64,000 nt of DNA from Octopus vulgaris. Taxonomy: Eukaryota. The stretch spans positions 125,302,001 through 125,366,000 of the forward strand of contig OX597814.1 in the NCBI GenBank assembly GCA_951406725.2. The letters are read 5' to 3'. The position numbers were made by a program, and so were the translations under genes. Positions 39,455-53,339 of the stretch are shown here, piece after piece (the stretch's first letter is position 1; each line of letters opens with the position of its first letter). A model generated the notes under the pieces. It was not told the origin of the DNA, ran no database searches, and saw only the letters and a list, made by a program, of their open reading frames with translations.

Positions 39455-40228
39455 ACCAAGATTCTTTCATAGAATGTGACCAGCGGTGTTGCAGTACTTG
39501 GATCCTGTTGGTAAAGAAACTTACCTTCTGTTGGTCAGAAAAGTCAGCAACAGTAGACAGGACGTCATCAACATTGCAGTACTGGTCTTCAGTCAAGCTT
39601 TTTCTATGTTGGAGAACAGATGATAGTTAGAGGAGGTCAAATCAAAAGAATAGGGTGGATAATCAACCACTTCTAAACCACTGTCGCGGACTTGTGTGCT
39701 GGAGGATTGTCCGGATGAAACAAGACACCATTCGTCAGTTTTCTGGTGGTCTGGTCTTGATAGTCTTTCGCAAATGCTTGAGCAAGCTGGCATAGTATTC
39801 TCCATTTATGGTGTGGCCCTTTTGAAGATAGTTAATAGACACAACACTTTTTGCATCTCAAAAAACTGAGACCAACACCTTCCCCCCAAATGAAATGACT
39901 TTGGCATTCTTTGAAACAGGTGCAGAGGGTTGATTCTACTACATGGATAGTCTCTTTGTCTCTGGCTCAAAGTGATGAACCCAACACTCAACTTGGGTTA
40001 AGAAACGTTCAAGGAAGCCAGCTGGATCTGCCTCAGACAATGACAGATTTACTGCAATGTGATCAACTTGGTGCTCTTTTGATCGGGTGTCAGAGGACCC
40101 GGCACCTACCGAGCAGAAACTTTCCTGACGTCGAGATCATTGTGCCAAATATTCTCAACTCTCTCACAGGATATGCTAATAGCACTGGCTAATTTGATTT
40201 GTAGTCAATCACCAGTCATCTATCAGCA
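39455..40228 (-). pseudogene. Mariner transposase fragment
   Basis: SARWVP-like motif, ASVF-like region and YPPYSFDLTSSNYHLF. Confidence 0.8.
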
Positions 40229-40526
40229 TGTGGTCTTTACGTTCAGAGTTCAAATTCAGCAGGGGTCGACTTTGCATTTCATCCTTTCGAAGTCGATAAA
40301 ATATGTACCAGTTAAATACTGGGGACCGTGTAATCAACTTTCCCATCCCCCAAAATTGCTGTCCTTGTGCTAAAATTTGAAACCATTAAGTACATGTATG
40401 TGTACGTGGGTATGATGTATGTATACACATATTTCTATGTGTGTGGGCACATGTGTGTGTATCTGTGTGTTTGCGTGTGTCTGTATGTGTTTGTATGAGT
40501 GTGTGTATGTGTATGAGTGTGTGTGT

Positions 40527-40562
<36 letters not shown>

Positions 40563-40971
40563 ACGAGTATTCATATTGTTGTGTTTATGTATGCATGTTT
40601 GTGTAAACAATGAAAAATTCCATGAAGGAACGAAAGCATGTGTCAGCTTGGGTGGTAAGTTCTCTGAATAACAGCTACAGGAAGTACCCTGTGTTACACA
40701 TCTGTGCAAAAGAGTGTTGGTCCCGAGCAGGATTGAAAAATCGCGTCTGCGATGTTCATGTTTCAGAGAACAATAAAAGGCTAACATTACTCAAAAGGCT
40801 AACATTGCAACGAATAACTTGGGGTACCTTAATTGATGGATTATCTTATACTATTGATTTGCTATCTCGAATTACCTCGATTCTTCATGCTATGTTTGTA
40901 AATTCGAGTATTTAGAGAGACTTAGTAATTTTAATATTTCTATTATATATATATATATATATATATATAGC

Positions 40972-41073
<102 letters not shown>

Positions 41074-41080
41074 GAGAGAG

Positions 41081-41353
41081 ACTCTTTTACTCTTTTACTT
41101 ATTTCAGTCATTTGACTGTGGCCATGCTGGAACACCGCCTTTAGACGAGCAAATAGACCCCAGGACTTATTCTTTGAAAGCCTACTACTTATCTATCGGA
41201 CTTCTTTCAGTTTCCGTCTACCAAATCCACTCACAAGGCTTTGGTCGACCCGAGGCTATAGTAGAAGAGACATGCCCAAGGTGCTACGCAGTGGGACTGA
41301 ACGCGGAATCATGTGGTTCGTAAGCAAGTTATCACACAGCCACTCCTACGCCT
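41081..41353 (-). mobile_element. SINE-A with internal deletion
   Basis: Consensus match lacking the central part. Confidence 0.88.
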
Positions 41354-41391
41354 ATATGTAAACATATGTGTGTTTGTGAGTGTGTGCATAT

Positions 41392-41440
<49 letters not shown>

Positions 41441-41814
41441 CATGCAAAAGCACACTGATATACAGATATATGTATTTGCATACACACGCACTTACACGTA
41501 TACATATGCATATATGCATGCAGACTAAGTGATATTTATATATGCGTGCAGCTGTGTATTAATGTGATTGTATGGTTTTTCTCGCTGTTTTCGCGTGTTC
41601 CATTGCTCAAAATAGGGTGGGTGAGGTGATTGACAAAACCACAGAGAATTTCTACTGCACACTATAATTATGTATATATGCATACATGCATGAATCTCTA
41701 TACGTATGAATACCATTGTGTGTTTGTGCGTCTGTGTATCTGTGTGTGTATGTGTATGCGTTTGTACTATGTGTATATCTGTACAATCATACACACATAT
41801 ACACGTATATACAT

Positions 41815-41939
41815 ATACATATACAGTCATAGGCACACCAATACACGCATTCACATGCAGTCATACTCACATATACATGCACATATAGTCATAGGCACAC
41901 AAATACACGCACTCACATGCAGTCATACACACATATACA

Positions 41940-41975
<36 letters not shown>

Positions 41976-42173
41976 CAGTCATAGGCACACCAATACACGC
42001 ACTCACATACGGTCATACACACATATACACATATATACATACACATACAGTCATAGGCACACCAATACACGCACTCACATGCAGGCATACACACATATAC
42101 ACATATATACATACACATACAGTCATAGGCATACAAATACACGCACTCACATGCAGTCATACACACATATACA

Positions 42174-42224
<51 letters not shown>

Positions 42225-42335
42225 TCATAGGCACACCAATACACGCACTCACATACGGTCATACACACATATACACATATATACATACACATACAGTCAT
42301 AGGCACACAAATACACGCACTCACATGTACGCACA
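41815..42335. repeat. Minisatellite, ~8 units of ~65-100 bp with core ACAGTCATAGGCACACCAATACACGCACTCACAT
   Basis: Core repeats separated by variable (TA/CA) runs. Confidence 0.9.
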
Positions 42336-42414
42336 TACACACGTGAAAGGTTTACGATGGACGACAAATTACTGTCAATATATTTAATGCCTGCAGGAAG
42401 GAAGACGAGACTGA

Positions 42415-42473
<59 letters not shown>

Positions 42474-42851
42474 TCCTTCGTGCCAATGCATTTGTGTTGT
42501 GAGTGTATGTGTGTGCATGTGCGTGTGAATATACCTAGGCATGTACATTATTTAACAAATTGAATAAAACGCAATTTTTTTTTGTTTTGTTCAAATACAT
42601 ATTATATACTATTAGATAAATTGTATTGTCATAGTCTATACGTCATGTATTGACAGTTAATAAGCGATTTAAAATGTTGCTTAATTACTTTAACTTTTCG
42701 TGGTATTTAACTTGAAATGTGACATTTTTTCATGTGACTTTTTATCTGGGCAAGATCGTGACTATTTTTCTGTGATTTATTTTTGCCTGTGACTTTAATT
42801 CTCTTCATCATATTAGAGACATACATGCTTACATACATATTTACATACATG

Positions 42852-42924
<73 letters not shown>

Positions 42925-43134
42925 GTACATATATATGTATATATGTATATGTATATATGTATATGTATATATGTATATATATATATATATATATGTGTAT
43001 ATATATATACACACACATATACATATTCTATGCCTGCATGTTTATATATATATATATATACATATATAAATTGTGTATGTATGTTTATATATATATAAAT
43101 TTTATGTGTGTGTGTGTGTGTGTGCATGTTTATG

Positions 43135-43165
<31 letters not shown>

Positions 43166-43593
43166 ATGAATGCGCGCGCGCGTGTGTGTGTGTATGCATG
43201 TGTATGTGCGTGTACTTTGGTGTTCATAATCAAGTTGAAAAGTAACTGAATGATTGGAACGTTCACTTCACAATCGTTTAGTCTCAAGTTTGATCAAATG
43301 ATGCGGCATCAGGTGTGTGTCTCTTCTACCCGAGTCGTAAATCGACCGATTCTTTATGAGTTAAAGTGCGTCATAGGAAACCTAATGAACGCTTTTCCTT
43401 TGGTTTATATCTGCAATTCAAAGACTCAGCTTTGATACATCTTCTTTCATCATGCTTCACTAAGTGTTTTTGATGCCTGCCTAGTCGCGAGCAGAACCAG
43501 ATGCTCTCTCAGCCTCCTCACTCTTTGACCCCGCTGAACGGCTAGGGTGTAAAAGATGGATAGAAGGAGTATTACCTCAACACCCTACTCATA

Positions 43594-44524
43594 GAGGGTG
43601 TCCTAAAAGTCACTGATGTGTTTCAATTTTTAATAACTTCCTTAACTTTACAAATAAATGCATGAAATTTTGATGCCTTATAAAAGACATAATGAAAATT
43701 ATGCAACACATTATGTCCTTATAAAGGACATAATGAAATTTTGATGCCTTATAAAGGACATAATGGAAATTATGCAACACCACTACATTGCATATGAAAA
43801 ATGACATTGCTTAAATGGCAGCCATTTTCGGCTTTACAGGCCCGTGCTCTTTCCAAAACTTGCACCATAATACCCTTAAGAGTTTCAGACCCCACTTCTC
43901 TGATTTCTCTGTTGATGTTCTCCTTCAGTCGCAGCAGAGGCTCCGGTTTATTGACACAAAGCTTCTCTTTCAGGTATCTCCATAAGAAAAGATCCGGGCT
44001 AGTCGAGCCTATGGAACGTGAAAGACATTCTAAGTAGACCTCACACATGGTTCTAGCAAGATAGGAAAACTGTTCATACCGTAAGAGAAATAATGCAGAT
44101 GCTACGGCAGTGCTTTGGAGAGAGAATAATCTCCTGCTACGGCAGTGTCAATTGGCCTTCATATTCCCCAGGCTAGCCCGGATTGTTCCTTGTGGGGATG
44201 CCTGATAGAGAGGCTTTACGTCAACAGACCGGATTCCCTGCTGCAACTGAAGGAGAACATCAATAGAGGAATCAGCGAAGTGGGGCCTGAAACTCTTGAG
44301 TATGTTATGGTGCATGCTTTAGAAAGAGCACGGGCGTGTGAAGCCAAAAATGGCTGCTTATTTAAGTGATGTCATTTTTCATATGTGATGTGTTACAAAA
44401 TGTGACTTGTGCATATTAATTTCCATTACGTCCTTTATATTGTGTCAAAATATGATGCATTTATTTGTTTAGTTAAGGAAGTTATAAAAAACTGAAACCC
44501 GTCAGTGACTCTTGGGACACCCTG
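43594..44524. mobile_element. Foldback Tc1/mariner-superfamily element made of two inverted 3' halves
   Basis: TIR (C/G)AGGGTGTCC..AGTCACTGA with TA flanks; transposase C-terminus LW..L.E.L.VN.P..LKENINR.I.EV..ERARAC on the minus (43770-44000) and plus (44145-44369) strands. Confidence 0.85.
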
Positions 44525-44682
44525 TACTTGTTACGGATACGTAAACGGGAGCAGCGTAAAAAGAATTGGGCTACTGAAGGAATTGAACTCACGATCTTCT
44601 CAAAATGAGCCAAACGTCCTAAGCACTCGACCATGTGCCCTTCACATGTGAAATGTAATTAAGGTAAATATAACCGATAATA

Positions 44683-45415
44683 CTGATTTCAAATTTTGAC
44701 ACAAGGCCAGCAATTTCAAAGGACGGTATAAGATAATTACATCGACTCCTGTGTTCAACTGGTACATTTTTCATCGAATTTGAACTTAGGACTCTAAGCA
44801 TTTTGCCCGGCGTGTTAACGATCCTGCCAAATCGCCGACTTTATAACCGCTAATATTATTATTTTACTTGTTTCAGTCATTTGACAGCGGCCATGCTGAA
44901 GCACCGCCTTTTTAGTCGAACAACTCGACCCCAGGACTTATTCTTTGTAAGCCTAGTACTTATCCTATCGGTCTCTTTTGCCGAACCGCTAAGTTAGGGG
45001 ACATGAACACATCAACAACGGTTGTCAAGCGATGTTGGGAGGACAAACACAGACGCACAAATACACATACACTTATACGTGTATACGACGAGCTTCTTTC
45101 AGTTTCCGTCTACCAAATCCACTCACAAGGCTTTGGTCGGCCCGAGGTTATAGTAGATAGCACTTGCCCAAGGTGCCACGCAGTAGGACTAAACCCAGAA
45201 CCATGTGGTTGTTAAGCAAGCTTCTTATTTCTTATTTCTTTATTGCCCACAAGGGGCTAAACATAGAGGGGAAAAACAAGGACAGACAAAGGGATTATAT
45301 CGAGCCCATTGCGTAACTGCTACTTAATTTATCGACCCCGAAAGGATGAAAGGCAAAGTCGACCTCGGTAGAATTTGAACTCAGAACGTAACGGCAGACG
45401 AAATACGGCTAAGCA
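44683..45415 (-). mobile_element. SINE cluster: SINE-B, SINE-A (44861-45225), SINE-B
   Basis: Consensus matches. Confidence 0.85.
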
Positions 45416-45526
45416 GTGGTAGAGGATAACACACGCATACATGCACACGCGCGCGCTTACACACACACACACACACACACACACAAGCACACACTGCCTT
45501 TCATTAAATTTTCTCCTTTCAGCTTT

Positions 45527-45559
45527 TCCCTGAAGAAGGACTTCGTCCGAAACGTTGGA
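45527..45559 (+). ncRNA. Minimal hammerhead-like motif in short pLTR-like remnant
   Basis: TCC-CTGAAGA-A-GGAC-TTC-GTCC-GAAAC-GTT-GGA; stems I and II pair; palindromic AACGTT stem III. Confidence 0.6.
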
Positions 45560-45791
45560 TTTTCAATTCTTTTCCTTGCGGCAACTTTATTGTATCTTTT
45601 TATCGATTTCAATAATCAATTATCAGTTTTGTCAATGCAGAGACCAACACCAGCATCTTCGGAGTATTATTGATCATGTATATATCTGATCAATATGTGT
45701 GTGCGTGTATGTGTGTGAGTGTTTGTGCACGTGTGTATGTGTTTGTTTGTGCACGTGTGTATGTGTTTGTTTCTGTGTGCGTGAGCATGTT

Positions 45792-45841
<50 letters not shown>

Positions 45842-46705
45842 CACGACGCGCTTCCACACAGTTTCCGTCTGCCCACTTAACTCATAAGGTATGGGTAGGC
45901 TCTGGAGCTATGGCTGCGCAGTGGAAACGAACCGGTTCTTAACCACACAGCCATGCCTGCGCCAGCAACTGCGCCTGCACCTGTGCCTGCGCTTATTTCA
46001 TATATTTTGTTTTGTTATTTGCTTTTGCGGGGTTCTTTTTTCCATTTCGCAGGAAAACGAAACTAAATACTCTTGGAGAGGACATTTAGTTCATCGCCGA
46101 ACATTTTCTCCGATTCTATTGATTCTCAATGTTTATCTTCTTCACAATGGTTTATAGCCTCGTCTTGCAGTGTTTGATTGAGTGTGATGCAGTATGACAG
46201 CCGCTATATGTTGTTACTGCTATCGCTGCTACTGCTGCTGTTGTTGTTGTTGTTGTTGTTGCTGTTGCTACTGCTGATGTTGTTGTCATTGCTGTTGTTA
46301 TTGTTACATCTAGTTTACTATTCAGTCCGCTTTGATATATCTGCCAGTTTAAGTGTTGATCATAATGGCCAACAACAACACAAGATGAACGCCGAATAAC
46401 AAACATAAAATATCTTTGTGTGAAACATCTCTCTAACTAATGAGGAAGTCTCTAGGTAGGCAGTCGCTCCATCTGCTAGAAACAGCAGCAAAATCTTCAT
46501 GGCACATTCTGCTGTATTAAAACATTAGATGAAGGATCTTCAGTCGATGTCTGCGATGGGCATTTAGTTGTTCGGTCAGCTTAATTATTTCATCGGTCAT
46601 TTAACATGTAAGCGGTTGAGTACCCCTTAGACACAAGAACTTTTAATGTGATACTTAGACCAAATCAGCGTGACATATAGCGTGACAAAGCTGAATCTGT
46701 GAATA

Positions 46706-47094
46706 TCTCTATATATAAAGCTGAAGTTGTCTGTGTATGGCAGGTTTGGTAGCCTTCAACTAACACTATCTCCTCCGAGACCCTGCGGCACAAGTTGACC
46801 AAAATTGAGAGTATGATAGAAGAAGGCTTGCTCTTCCTTCCGTAGAAGAAAAAATTCAAATCGGACCATGATAACACCAAAATTATTTACATAAAAAAGG
46901 TGCTTATTTTCTTTGAAAATCCCTATTTTTTACAATTTTTTTACTGCTGTGTCGCCATTTTTCGGTGTATTTCAACCAGAAAAATGTTCACTCAAAGAGA
47001 TTAACAAGCTACATAATGCAAAATTTTTACTTTTCCAAAATTCCAATTCTAAAGGGTCGAAACAAACCCGAGCAACGCCGGGCGATACTGCTAG
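46706..47094 (+). mobile_element. Non-autonomous Helitron
   Basis: A|TCTCTATATATAAA start; 3' hairpin CCCGAGCAACGCCGGG followed by CTAG|T; no TSD. Confidence 0.85.
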
Positions 47095-47439
47095 TTACAG
47101 ATAAAAATCCACCTGACACGCGTCCACTAGATCCCTGTCTCCTCAATTTCACTCACAAGGCTTGTCTGAACTCGAAGTTATGGTAAAACATATATGCCCA
47201 AGACTCTACAAATTAGGATCGAACATGGAACATCGGGATTGCGAAGCGAACTTCTTAACTGCTCAACCATCCTCGCGTTCACGAACAATAAATAATGTAC
47301 ACCTAGTTCCACTTAGTTTGAATTAAAAAAAAAAAGAAGAGTCATGGCTCAAAAGCAAAACAACCACTGCAGCAACAACAATAACAACAGCTATAGCAAT
47401 AACGGCAGCAGCAATGAAACAACTGTAACCATAGTGAAA

Positions 47440-48290
47440 GCCACCAAGTGGTCGTTTGACTTACTAGAAACAGAAATAAAATCTACCCTCAAATCTAACC
47501 TTACCGTCATAAAAAAGAAAAAAAAAGAATGATTTATATAGGATAATGTAAACCCATAGCTGAAGAATTTAAGACGTGATGGTAAAGGCTGGAACGTCAT
47601 TCATCATGGGCCTGCTCAATCTGAGGTGATCTCGGACTGAACCACAACAGTAGCCAAAGTGGAAACACCTACGTAGTCATTTGTCCTGCTAGAAATAGCC
47701 ATGTAACCTCTCTCAAATCTCATTTAAATGTCATGAACGAAAGAAAAAAGGAGAAAGGAAGAATGACGTATTAGATAATGGAGACCTGAATACATTATAT
47801 CGTAAGAATGTCTGGCGTGATGATCACAGCTGGAGCGTTTGTTGATCTTTGATCTACACACCCGGGGCTGAACTACGACTAAACAATGATACGAGTGACC
47901 TCAATCACACTTTCACCTGAACAGGACACAGGACCGCCTAATATTAGTAATTATTAAGCAACATAAAGAGCCAAGCTTTATGTGAAATCATATGAAATGT
48001 TTATAGTTTTTAAATATAAATATGCTTCGAACGCATTTCAACACTATAGTAATATTTGGGGCTAAACCCTTAAATATTTAGACGAAAATTTAAGAGTGAA
48101 AACTGAATTCTAAAATTTTTGGTGTCTCTTTGGATGTCTAAAAATAGCAATCAGACCTCCCTCAAGTCACACCACTGCCTTTATAAAAAAAAAGCCAGAA
48201 CATTATCGATGTAGTCTTAAGGATCCCCTAAAAGTGAGATGGTCACAGCCGGAATGTTTCTGGATATAGACCTGATCAACGGATCATTGT
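47440..48290 (+). repeat. Degenerate dispersed repeat (CTGCTAGAAATAGC..AAATCT..CTCAAATC family); related pieces near 23100, 31800, 46470, 54690 and 61930
   Basis: Recurrent diverged motif; class not determined. Confidence 0.5.
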
Positions 48291-49409
48291 AAAGGCCCTG
48301 GACTTCACTATCTCGTGTCCTAGGACTCATAGGACCTGTTAACGAGTTTCCATGGCAAATATGGGGCAGAAATCACAACAGCCCTTCTGCACGGAATGCC
48401 AGACCGTTGCAGGGTTACTCATTTATAAGCGAATGGTCAGAAACAATCTGAAATAACATATATTGCTTAAGAACTCAACGCAATGCAACGTCCGGTCCGG
48501 AAATGGAAACCACCCGAACAACCAGGCTATGTGCTGTCACTCAATTGAACATTACTTGAGACCAAAGAAATGACTGAGCTGCACAGTCGTTTACCTTTTT
48601 CGTCGACGAAAGAATCAACTTCCAATGTAACTTGTTTCTCTGACAGTTTATATGTCTATAAACTACAAAGTCATTATAACATTATATATTACGTTAATTT
48701 AGTCGTTCTTAAACGGTGTATCGCAATAAATATTTAGAAGTAACGCTGAACAAAGCCTATATTAATCGCATAGGATATCTTGGTGGGCCTTAGATTTCTA
48801 AACATATAATTGAAGGCTTTAGAAAATCCATATTAATACTTGAGATTTAAAAATGTTATTAATAATTTTGTTATACATAAATGATTAATAAAATGAAGTA
48901 AGCAGCAGTTTGTTTTTTATGTCATCTTTTCTTAATTTTTAAATGTGTAATGTGGTTTTATTCAATTTTCCATGTGAAGTGAGCTAGTAATTTGTTATTT
49001 AATCTCCTGTGCGCCAGAATTTTCATATTTAATCTCCAGTGCACCACGAAGTCAAAATGTTTGAAAACCACTGTGCTAATTAATATAAGATGTATCATTA
49101 ATGAACAGTATATAATGCCAGTACATGTATCACGTCATTGAAACATTACACTAGATTATGCTAATTAATATAAGATGTATGAGGTCTATGCAAAAAAGTA
49201 AGTGAAGTTTTAAAACGGCGAGCTAATCAGCAATTTAATAACGGCCACGTCACACTGCGTCAGTTAGTCATTCGCCTCTCTACACGTGCTTGGGGAAACG
49301 TATGTTTAAATTCACTCGGCAATTTGTCGTAAGTGAAACAAAGAAAGATTTGGAAAATCAACTTTGGGGAAAAATTCTGTTTTACATTGGAATAAAAAAA
49401 AAAACTCTA

Positions 49410-49677
49410 TCTTTTTTATTTGGTTCAGTCATTGAACTGCTTTCATGCTGGGGCGCCACCTAGAAGGATTTTAGTCGAACAGAACGACGCCAGTACTTCT
49501 TTTTAGTCTATGGGTATCTTCGCCGAACCTCTAAGGTACGGGTACTCCAAGAAGCCAAAACTGGTTGTCAAACGAATGGGAATAAACACATACACACACA
49601 CACACCACACACACACACATGTATGTATGTATGCATGCAGGTATGTATGTATGTATGTTTGTATGTTTGTATGTTTG

Positions 49678-49722
<45 letters not shown>

Positions 49723-49854
49723 CAGGCTTCCACACAGTTTCCGTTGACCGTATTCACTGGGGCTATGTAGAAAGAAGACACCCAAGGTGCTGCACAGTAG
49801 GGCTGCAGCCAAAAGCACGTAGATGTAAAGTAAGCTTTTTAACCACATAGCCAT
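49410..49854 (-). mobile_element. Old SINE-A
   Basis: Diverged consensus match. Confidence 0.75.
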
Positions 49855-49861
49855 ACATAAT

Positions 49862-50484
49862 ATCCTTTTCTACTCTAGGCACAAAGCCCGAAATTTTGGG
49901 AGTGGGAGCCAGTCGATTAGATCGACCCCAGTACGCAACTGGTACTTAATTTATCGACCGTGAAAGGATGAAAGGCAAAGTCGACCTCGGCGGAATTTGA
50001 ACTAACAACGTAACGGCAGACGAAATACCTATTTCTTTATTACCCACAAGGGGCTAAACATAGAGGGGACAAACAAGGACAGATATAGGTATTAAGTCGA
50101 TTACATCGACCCCAGTGCGTAACTGGTACTTAATTTATCGACCCCGAATGGATGAAAGGCAAAGTCGACCTCGGCGGAATTTGAACTCACAACGGAACGA
50201 CAGACGAAATATCGCTAAGCATTTCGCCCGGAGTGCTAACGTTTCTGTCAGCCTGTCGCCTTAAATATTTTTTTCTACTCTAGGCACAAGGCCTGAAATT
50301 TTGGGGGAGGTGGCCAGTCGATTAGATCGAACTCAGTAACAACTGGTACTTAATTTATCGGCCCCAGAAAGGATGAAAAGCAATGTCGACCTCGGCGGAA
50401 TTTGAAATCTGAACATAAAGACAGACGAAATACTGCTAAGCATATCGCCTGGCGTGCTAACGTTTTTGTCAGTTCGCTGCCTTA
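49862..50484 (-). mobile_element. SINE-B multimer (3 units)
   Basis: Consensus matches with both tail types. Confidence 0.9.
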
Positions 50485-50569
50485 GCCGTATCTAATATTA
50501 CAGCAGATCAATAGGGAGATTGTCTGACCCATACGCAATGCCATTACTGTGGTACCAGCGTTTCAAATA

Positions 50570-50880
50570 GGAGAGAAAACATTAACAGAAAATGATTCCA
50601 AATGTGCACGAACTTTCACGATAACGGACGACATTGCGATAGTGTGTGCTACAATCTGTGTCTGTAGTTGCTTGATTTTCCGTGAGGTTTCCAGGAAGAC
50701 GAAAAAAAATAGAATTAAGAAACATCGTGTTGTCTCATAATTTATGCCGCGTCTTGTGTGAGGAGAACAAAAACAGAACCGAGTCGCTCTCGGTCATGAG
50801 CTGTTTGATCATTTGCTGATGAAAACTTACTGAAAAGTGCCATAATGGGTGACAAAACGTGGGTGGACGGTTATTATATC
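50570..50880 (+). pseudogene. Mariner transposase remnant
   Basis: FMPRL and IMGDKTWV (ITGDETW-like) motifs. Confidence 0.5.
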
Positions 50881-51183
50881 GAAATAGAAGGTAGTCGTTG
50901 CAATAAATAAATAATTAGATCACAGATAAATGTTGAAAAATAATATTCTGATTTTGAGACAATTTTCGACGCACCTGAGAGCACTTCCGCGAACACAGCG
51001 GGTACATTTTGGAAAGCTCTGATCTAGAATTAAATTATCTAACGTTTCTTTCCTTTATTTAAGGCAGCAAGCAAGTAATCTGAGGGAAAATTGGCTACTT
51101 TTTCAAGCAGATTCAGCAACAATGCATAGGTTTCGCCACTGACTCAGCAAATATTCCAGTTTCGTACAAATATAAGATTTATC

Positions 51184-51400
51184 TCTTTTACTCTTTTACT
51201 TGTTTCAGTCATTTGACTGCGGCCATGCTGGAGCACCGCCTTTAGTCGAGCATATCGACCCCGGGACTTATTCTTTGTAAGCCTAGTACTTATTCTATCG
51301 GTCTCTTTTGCCGAACGGCTAAGTTACGGGGACGTAAACACACCAGCATCGGTTGTCAAGCGATGTTGTGGGGACAAACAGACACACAAACATATAAACA

Positions 51401-51442
<42 letters not shown>

Positions 51443-51548
51443 TATACATATATACAACGGGCTTCTTTCAGTTTCCGTCTATCAAATCCACTCACAAGGC
51501 ATTGGTCGGCCCGAGCCTATAGTAGAAGACACTTGCCCAAGGTGCCAC
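51184..51548 (-). mobile_element. SINE-A (5' truncated)
   Basis: Consensus match. Confidence 0.9.
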
Positions 51549-52659
51549 ATATTTCCTACAGAATTTCCTATCGAATTCCAATTTCATACAAATTTAAAGT
51601 TTATCTCTATAGATAACGAGAACAAAGAAAGACGCAGTATTGACTCCTAAGCCTTTTAATATACTTGCCAGTATATTATGGCTGCAAAACGAAACATTGT
51701 AACCTTGCTTGAAATTAGTTTCATACAGATGTAAATAGGCAGCCCAATTGTTACTACATTTGTTGCGAAAGATCGAAACTTTGTTTAGTTGTGTTACACA
51801 TTGCTTCTGCTACGTTCTGAGTTCTTAACCCGTCAGGATCAACTTTGCTTTCAATCCTTCAGTAAATAAAGTAACAAGTATTGAAATCGATTTATATTCC
51901 TGTAATGCATCCTAGATGTGAGCGAAATTACGGTAGAAGAAGACCATATGCCTTCTAGACATTTATTTTGTTGATATAGTCCATATATTTTTTATGCAAA
52001 TGTTACAAGAAAGTTAACTCTTTTCGGCATCGATAAAACTGCAGCGCTTTCACCATATGCATTCCATCATACTCACATACTGTGTATCACAAGTCAATCC
52101 ATGTTTTATAGATTATATATATATAGTTTATCATTAAATTCAGAACTACAATATAATCTTTAAAAAAGAAGAACCTGAAGAAAAAAAACTCCCTAAAAAT
52201 ATAAAGAAACTTTCGAGTAATTTTCTGATTCTCATCAATTTTATCTCCGGCTATGTTGAGGATGAGATTTTCCAGATAATGGGATTACGAACAATAATCG
52301 TGGTCTCACTATTAGGTAAATTCATTTCTTTAATATTACACGCATGAAAGGGCATCACTGAATGTCTCCAATGATTGCCGAAAATGATCAATAAAAAAAA
52401 AAATTACCGATTACCAATCAATACTTGTACGCATATTGTGTTTTTGTTTCTGATTCTATTTCCTTCAGTTTCTTCGCCGATGGCAAAATTTCCAAATTTT
52501 CGGCGGAACATTCTTCAACTTGCGCTGATTTGTTTTTGGGGGGGTTTCTTTTGTTGTGATTTTTTTGTTTGTTTCCTTTTTTTTTTATTACCGCTTTCCA
52601 TATTCTGTTTCGTTGGTTATCTTATTGTGGGCAAGATCTGTGACCGAATCGATGAAACT

Positions 52660-52900
52660 TTGTAAACATATGCGCACAGCAAACGTCTACAAATATAAGG
52701 GTACAACAGTAGTCCACAAATTTACGGGTAAAATTATCAACAAATATACGGATATAATAGCTATCTAGTAGCATACAGGTCAGTTACTATACGGGTATGG
52801 CAACTGTTTAGAAACACACGGGTAAAGCAACTGTCAACAAATATACGGTTACAGTGGCAATCTAGAAACATACAGATAACTGTCTACTAACAAAGGGCAT
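52660..52900. repeat. Degenerate ~27-bp minisatellite (GGTA.AGCAACTGTCTACAAATATACG-like), resuming at ~53340-53372
   Basis: Recurrent diverged units. Confidence 0.6.
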
Positions 52901-53293
52901 TTACTCTTTTACTCTTTTACTTGTTTCAGTCATTTGACTGCGGCCATGCTAGAGCACCGCCTTTAGTCGAGCAAATTGACCCCAGGACTTATTCTTTGTA
53001 AGCCTAGTACTTATTCTATCGGTCTCTTTTGCCGAATCGCTAGATTACGAGGACGTAAACACACCAGCATCGGTTGTCAAGCGACACACAAACACATACA
53101 CACACACATATATACACATACATATATACGACGGGCTTCTTTTCAGTTTCCGTTTACCAAATCCACTCACAAGGCTTTATTTGGCCCGAGGCTATAGTAG
53201 AAGACACTTGCCCAAGGTGCCATGCAGTGGGACTGAACCCGGAATCATGTGGTTGGTAAGCAAGCTACTTACCACACAGCCACTCCTGCGCCT
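52901..53293 (-). mobile_element. SINE-A, full length
   Basis: Consensus match; 5' end AGGCGCAGGAGTGGCTGTGTGG. Confidence 0.93.
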
Positions 53294-53296
53294 ATG

Positions 53297-53339
53297 AAAA
53301 TATGGAACGCTTCACGAATTTGCGTCATCCTCGTGAAGG
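53297..53339 (-). pseudogene. U6: U6 snRNA 3' fragment
   Basis: Minus AGGATGACGCAAATTCGTGAAGCGTTCCATATTTT matches the metazoan U6 3' end (2-nt deletion), including the terminal oligo-U. Confidence 0.9.

Noticed and set aside
41815-42335. Repeat-spacer pattern suggesting CRISPR
   Set aside because: Spacers are low-complexity and mutually similar; no cas genes; eukaryotic context
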